From NCBI GenBank assembly GCA_040285825.1, contig JAUPSS010000007.1, positions 2,888,689 through 2,952,688 of the forward strand: a stretch of DNA of 64,000 nucleotides, written 5' to 3'. Positions 58,617 to 64,000 of the stretch are shown piece after piece. Origin of the DNA: Eukaryota sp. TZLM1-RC (Eukaryota; Protista; Metamonada: BaSk clade). Each line of letters starts with the position of its first letter. Position 1 is the stretch's first letter. The notes beneath the pieces are model-generated. The model did no database searches, was not told the origin of the DNA, and saw only the letters and a program-made list of their open reading frames with translations. The translations under genes were made by a program, and so were the position numbers.

Positions 58617-61525
58617 TTAATGTTTAACAAATATTCGTTGTAAATGTGGAGCAGTTGCTTCCTATACTCATGTCTTATCTTGTAGGAAGTTCACTCAGAA
58701 GAGGTCGATTATTCACAATGCCGTTCGCGATTGCATTTATGATTTGTTGAAGAGTGCCCATCATCCAGTACGACTGGAACCAGTTTTTGATGAAATGCAG
58801 CTTGCTCAAAGTCAAAAAAGAGGTGATATTCAATGTGCTTGGCGTAGCGGCCAGGAATTAATTATTGATTGTACAACTGTTTCTCCTTGGAAGTTGTCTT
58901 CGTCTTCCGACATTGAATCAACCCTCAAGAATGCGGAAAGGAGCAAGCACTCGAAGTATAATGATTTACTTGTACGTTTGAACAAACAACGTGGCAGAAA
59001 CATCGTTTTTGTTCCAATTGGAATTTCCATTTTTGGTACTTTAGTCAGGGAAGGACTATCTTTCTTAAATGATTTAGGCAGTTTCTTAAAAGACTCAGGA
59101 CGTTCTTTTGATCAACTTATTTGGAAGAACAGAATTGTTTTCTCACTCTTTAAGGCTCTACCGCGTTATTTTAACTCAATACTTTTAAGTATCACTGAGT
59201 TTCACAATGTACGTGCTCATGAACCCGTAAATAGTGAGAATCTACCTTCATTTTGTCAGTGATCACTTATCTAGAATATTGCTTTGCATTGTTGTTGTTT
59301 ATAGTAATCTTATTTGCATTCTTGGAATAAATCCTAATCGATTTAGCCGCAAGCGACGATCAAAACGCTTATTCATTCTTCTTTTCACAAGATTTTCAAA
59401 ATCATCAATAAAATTCAAAGCGGTTTTTCCAAGACGACCATACAACGATATAGCAAATGGGCAAATTTGGTAATCTACATGGCGAACATGTTTCAATTCT
59501 TTTAAAGGATTTGCATACTTTTTCCGTTTGTACAATTCGGAGTCATCAAGGGGGGATACTTCGGATTGAGCATTTTTCAAGGCATTTTTCTTGCAAACAT
59601 CCACTGTTACGACATCAACAACATTCATGACATCATCAAACGAGGGCACAACAACATCAGCACGTCGTTTTCCATATTCTGAATCTCTTACGCTTTCATT
59701 TATATCAAGAGACCTCAACAAAGGTTCTACAAAAAGATTCAATATGATAGGAATTACACATTGCATGGATTTGATCTCTGACTGCATCATGCAACGTAGA
59801 ACGATAGGAAATATATCTATTACAATTAAATAAATGTGATAATGTCAAACCAGCTCCACATTTACAAAACAAATCATTGGGCAAATTACAAGGCCATAAA
59901 TAACAACGCATTCTCATAGCAGTGGTCCATTGGTCGTCATTCAAAAATAGACCATAAATCTGGGGAATTTGATTTATCAAAACTGCAGATGAACTGTCCT
60001 TCAAATCAATCAAAAAAATTGGCAAAAGCAGGATTTTTCTTTCTTAGCCGTGCTAAGTCGAACAATAAAATCCTTGTTTTCAAAATTTTCAAAAGATGTC
60101 GTTGGAGCTTTTTCAACGCAAATTTTAATGAATATAAACTTCTGTCTGGAATTTCTTGAATGGATATGGGGAAACATGATTGCCATAAGTCGGGAGATAA
60201 ACTGGATATTTCTTCTCTTAAGTTATCCAGGAATAGGCTATTTGTATTTTCAAGAAGATTTTCGGCAAAGGATATCTTCTAGAGAATTCAAATACAAAAT
60301 TTTTTCCACCACCAATAAATGCAGCTTTGGTCAAATATTTTGATGAATTGAATCCAACACCGCCAAGTTGAACATCAGAAAAATATGATTTTTCAAAATT
60401 GATGGATCAACAGACATTAAATAAGCCAAAAATTGGGTACGTATTTTTGTTAAATTGTCTACAAAAATTGTAAGTTAGGGATGGAGGTAATGATCGCAGT
60501 AAATGAGTAATTTTTCCAGCATAACAAATTTTCAAAAGAAAAAACTTAAAATGTTTTTCCAATTCAAGGGTCTTTATGACTTCTAGCTCTTTTCTAATTG
60601 AATTTAAATAATTTTCAAGGTTATCAAGTGTCTTTTTCGGCGGAACCTAAATAGCAACCAAGAAAGCAGAAACTAGTTGAAGTATAATCAATATATGGAA
60701 CTTCGAGGGAATTAATTATTAACTTAACATTTTTTTCTAGAAATACAAAAACATTTTTGAACATTCAAATCAAGACCAATGGATTGGTATAATGTAGCAG
60801 CTTCATTAGCAACCCTATTAATTGTACTTTCTGGACCAATACAAGAAATGTCATCCATGTAAGCTACCACTTGAAGGTCAGAATTTTCTTCTTTTAATTT
60901 TTTCAAAATTGGGTGAATTGCAAGACAAAAAAAGAAAGGACCTAAAGGGTCTCCTTGTTTAACTCCTGATAAAGAATCCAGATTAAAGGAATTAAAAATT
61001 AAATCAGATGAATTACCATAAAACCTATAAAAAAAGGTTTCGAGTTCAGGAAAATTTGATTTGATTTCTTTCCAAATTGAATCTCTTTTCACTGAATTGA
61101 AAGCATTTTGAAATCAAGATTAAAAATGCAACTATTTTCGTGACAATTGAAAAACAGATCAGATGTCAAAGCTGCAACTGAAGCTCCATCTATGGTTTTG
61201 ATTCCATATTTTTTTTTCTCCCTCCCCTGGTCAACCCTCTCATATTTCACTTTCTGTCACGGCGTCCAAGTTGTACTGTGTCTTTGCCAAAACGATGCCA
61301 TTGACTGATAGTGACTCTGATACTGATTGGAACGCCCAAGCAAAGATTCTATCCATCAGATCAAGCTCATCCCCTTCACTTCTCCACTCTCCCCACCCTT
61401 CAAGCTATGCTCGAAATTCTTCTCAAAAAAATTTGAAAATTTTTAAAAAAAGATTTTTTGCCTTTGTGTGATGCCCCTGATATTACGCCTGAAAAAGTGC
61501 AAAAAAGAAGACATACCTGTTCCAA
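58617..61525 (-). repeat. Inverted copy of the composite block (leader, D, E)
   Basis: Reverse complement of 49890-50704 plus 52186-54275, with the same D/E and D/leader junctions. Confidence 0.9.
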
Positions 61526-62630
61526 ATGTGGCAAGGTTGGTCATAACATTAGAAAATGTCCTGATGTTATTACCGAAAAATTGAGACTGAAAACCAATAT
61601 TTCTATTGTTAATAGTTTGCAAACGCCATCCGAACTGATTCTTCCCTCCTGTTCCCAATGTTTCTGCTGATGATGTTCATTATGATTTAAATATTGATCA
61701 AACTCATTTACCAAAAACTGTTGCTCCTGATCCTACGGATAATGTCTTGAAACATAATTGTCCTTTTTGCAAAAAGTTCCTCTTTAATTCTTCTAATGGT
61801 CGCCCTCTCTTGTTTTGTTTCGACTGTCAAACAAGTGATTCTCTTCGTGCACCTGTTAAAATTCCTGTAGAGGTGAGTCCTGCCAGTTCTGTTCCTTTGT
61901 CAATGGAAATGCGTTCTTTTTCTTCGCAATTGAAATTGAACAAATGGAACATAACAAGATTTTGGAAATTCTTTGCCAAAAAGAATAAGAAAAAAATTAA
62001 TTACAAACCAAAACAGAGAAAAGCTAATTCATCTTTTCAAGCAAGAAAATTGTTTTTGAGAGGTAGATATGGAAGCGGATTAAAAAATATTTTTTCGGGA
62101 AAACTGGCTGATAACAATCTCGAAACTGTTGAAAAATTGAAATCCCTCCATCCAACTGAAAATTTTTGCCCCAGTAAGCCTTCTATTTGTCAATATTGGC
62201 TCGAAAATCCATTTCAGGCTCAAGAAGTATTGAATGCCGTTGCTAAATTACCAAAAGGAAAAGCTGCTGGTCCTTCAGGCATTTCCTTTGATTTGTTGAA
62301 AACTTTCTGTAAAAATGCTCCTGAAATTTGTGAGGATCTTGCTTCCTATTTTCAAAATTTAATGTGTTTGAATTGTGTTCCTCCGCATGAATTGACTGCT
62401 GCCCGTTTAGTTGCTTTAGTTAAACCTGGTAAAGGTGACAAACCTGATGGAGTTAGACCAATTGCTATTGGAGAGTCATTAACCAGATTGCTTTCTTCAC
62501 TTATTTTTAACAGAATTTCTACTAAAGCAAGGGACTATTTGAAGCCTTTCCAATTTGGTATAAAAACTGTTGAAGGTGCTTCTGTTGCTTCAATGACTTC
62601 AGATGTTTTTTTCAATAGTCAACAACATCA
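61209..62630 (+). mobile_element. 5' half of a CRE-like element (leader, Zn knuckle, RT start), cut by family A copies
   Basis: MPLTDSDSDTDW, CSKCGKVGHNIRKC, CPFC..CFDC, GKAAGPSG, VRPIAIGE, FQFGI. Confidence 0.9.
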
Positions 62631-62634
62631 ATAT

Positions 62635-63810
62635 ATTCAAAATTTAAATTTTATTCAAAACCTATAAATCAACATCTAAAAAATCCATTTCTCCCAGAAC
62701 AAAAACACTAGATGCAACTCTCTCATAGTGAGATCCAAGAGAAAGCAAAGCATCAGAAACCATCTTCAACATCCCCTTAAAAATAGAAAACACAATTATA
62801 TTTTGCCAAAACAATCTGTTGAAATTTCTGCCAGTTCTTCTCTTTACAATCATTTCAAAATCATCCAAAAAACGTAAAGCAGTTGGTGCAAGTGAACCAA
62901 AAAGGGAAAATACAAATGGATACAAATTGTATTTTGCATGCTGTAGACTGGCCAATTTGGACAAAGGTTCATTGTATTTTTTGAATTTAAAATTTTCAGC
63001 ATTTGAAAGGGGATTATGAATTTCAGAATTAACTAGCCTTTCATTTGAGGCATTACAAGGATCAACAGACATTACATCCAATAAAATGAAACTTCCATCT
63101 AATCCAGGTAATATAACATCACCTCTATTATTCTTAAGAAAATCATCTTCAGCATCAAACAGATTTGACAACAGAGGTTCCAAGAAGGATTCAATTCTAT
63201 GAGATTTACACATACAATATAACTGGTCTCTTACAGCATCATGAACCTTGCTTCTAAAAGTAATAAAATGTTTACAATTTAACAAATGAGTAGTTGTAAT
63301 TTCTCGAGAACATTTACAAATTAAATTATGAGGTAAATTATCAGGCCAGATAAAGGAACGAAATCTCATATTCAGAGTCCAAGCTTTTTTTTTACCAAAA
63401 TTTTAATTTTATTCAAAACCTATAAATCAACATCTAAAAAATCCATCTCTCACAGAACAAAAACACTAAATGCAACTCTCTCATAGTGAGATCCAAGAGA
63501 AAGCAAAGCATCAGAAACCATCTTCAACATCCCCTTAAAAATAGAAAACACAATTCTATTTTGCCAAAACAATCTGTTGAAATTTCTGCCAGTTGTTCTC
63601 TTTACAATCATTTCAAAATCATCCAAAAAACGTAAAGCAGTTGGTGCAAGTGAACCAAAAAGGGAAAATACAAATGGATACAAATTGTATTTTGCATGCT
63701 GTAGACTGGCTAATTTGGACAAAGGTTCATTGTATTTTTTGAATTTAAAATTTTCAGCATTTGAAAGGGTTATGAATTTCAGAATTAACTAGCCTTTCAT
63801 TTGAGGCATC
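62635..63810 (-). mobile_element. Two tandem 5'-truncated family A copies (62635-63385 and 63386-63810)
   Basis: ORFs 62662-63369 and 63450-63722, each followed by the A 3' UTR. Confidence 0.9.
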
Positions 63811-63872
63811 AATCCTCAAGGATTTCCTCCTGAGTTGTCTGCGTCACGTTTAATTCCTCTCAGTAAGAAAAA

Positions 63873-64000
63873 TATTTCTGATTCACTATCTTCTTTTGGG
63901 AAATTTTCTGAATCTTTAGCGATTAATTGTTTTGATGTAGGGGAGGCAGGTTTTGAGGATGTGGAGTTTTAATTGTGTATTTCATATTTGTTGTTGAATA
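63873..64000 (+). mobile_element. Family C 3' end
   Basis: Identical to 52020-52145. Confidence 0.85.

Noticed and set aside
1-64000. CRISPR array, telomeric repeat tract, rRNA or spliced-leader array as a CRE target
   Set aside because: No regularly spaced repeat-spacer units, TTAGGG-type tracts, rRNA-like segment or repeated SL-like gene was seen.

Overview
AT-rich eukaryotic DNA in the standard genetic code, from an intron-poor organism (probably a protist; I cannot identify it). The first ~21 kb holds a few intronless host genes: a stand-alone two-repeat YccF membrane protein, a 1235-aa in-frame ARL2-TBCD (tubulin cofactor D) fusion, an unknown membrane protein, ARP3, a homeodomain protein and RPS17. 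A decayed Fanzor/TnpB gene and scattered retroelement fragments lie between them. From ~21 kb to the end the window is almost entirely a nested pile of mobile DNA. At least eight families (labelled A-H by their C-termini) of single-ORF CRE-like non-LTR retrotransposons (Zn knuckle, RT, CCHC, restriction-like endonuclease) are inserted into each other, many with readable TSDs. The pile also holds an integrase-deleted Ty3/Gypsy element with 110-bp LTRs, an internally deleted hAT transposon next to tRNA-Thr(AGT), and a ~670-bp non-autonomous poly(A)-tailed element with a ~91-bp TSD; a related solo LTR sits near the window start. A composite block at 48.5-61.5 kb recurs in direct and fold-back orientation. 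The most notable items are the ARL2-TBCD fusion, the non-autonomous element, the 5' leader module shared between CRE families, the Fanzor relic, and possible self-priming of the Ty3 element. Family assignments come from motif reading, not database searches.
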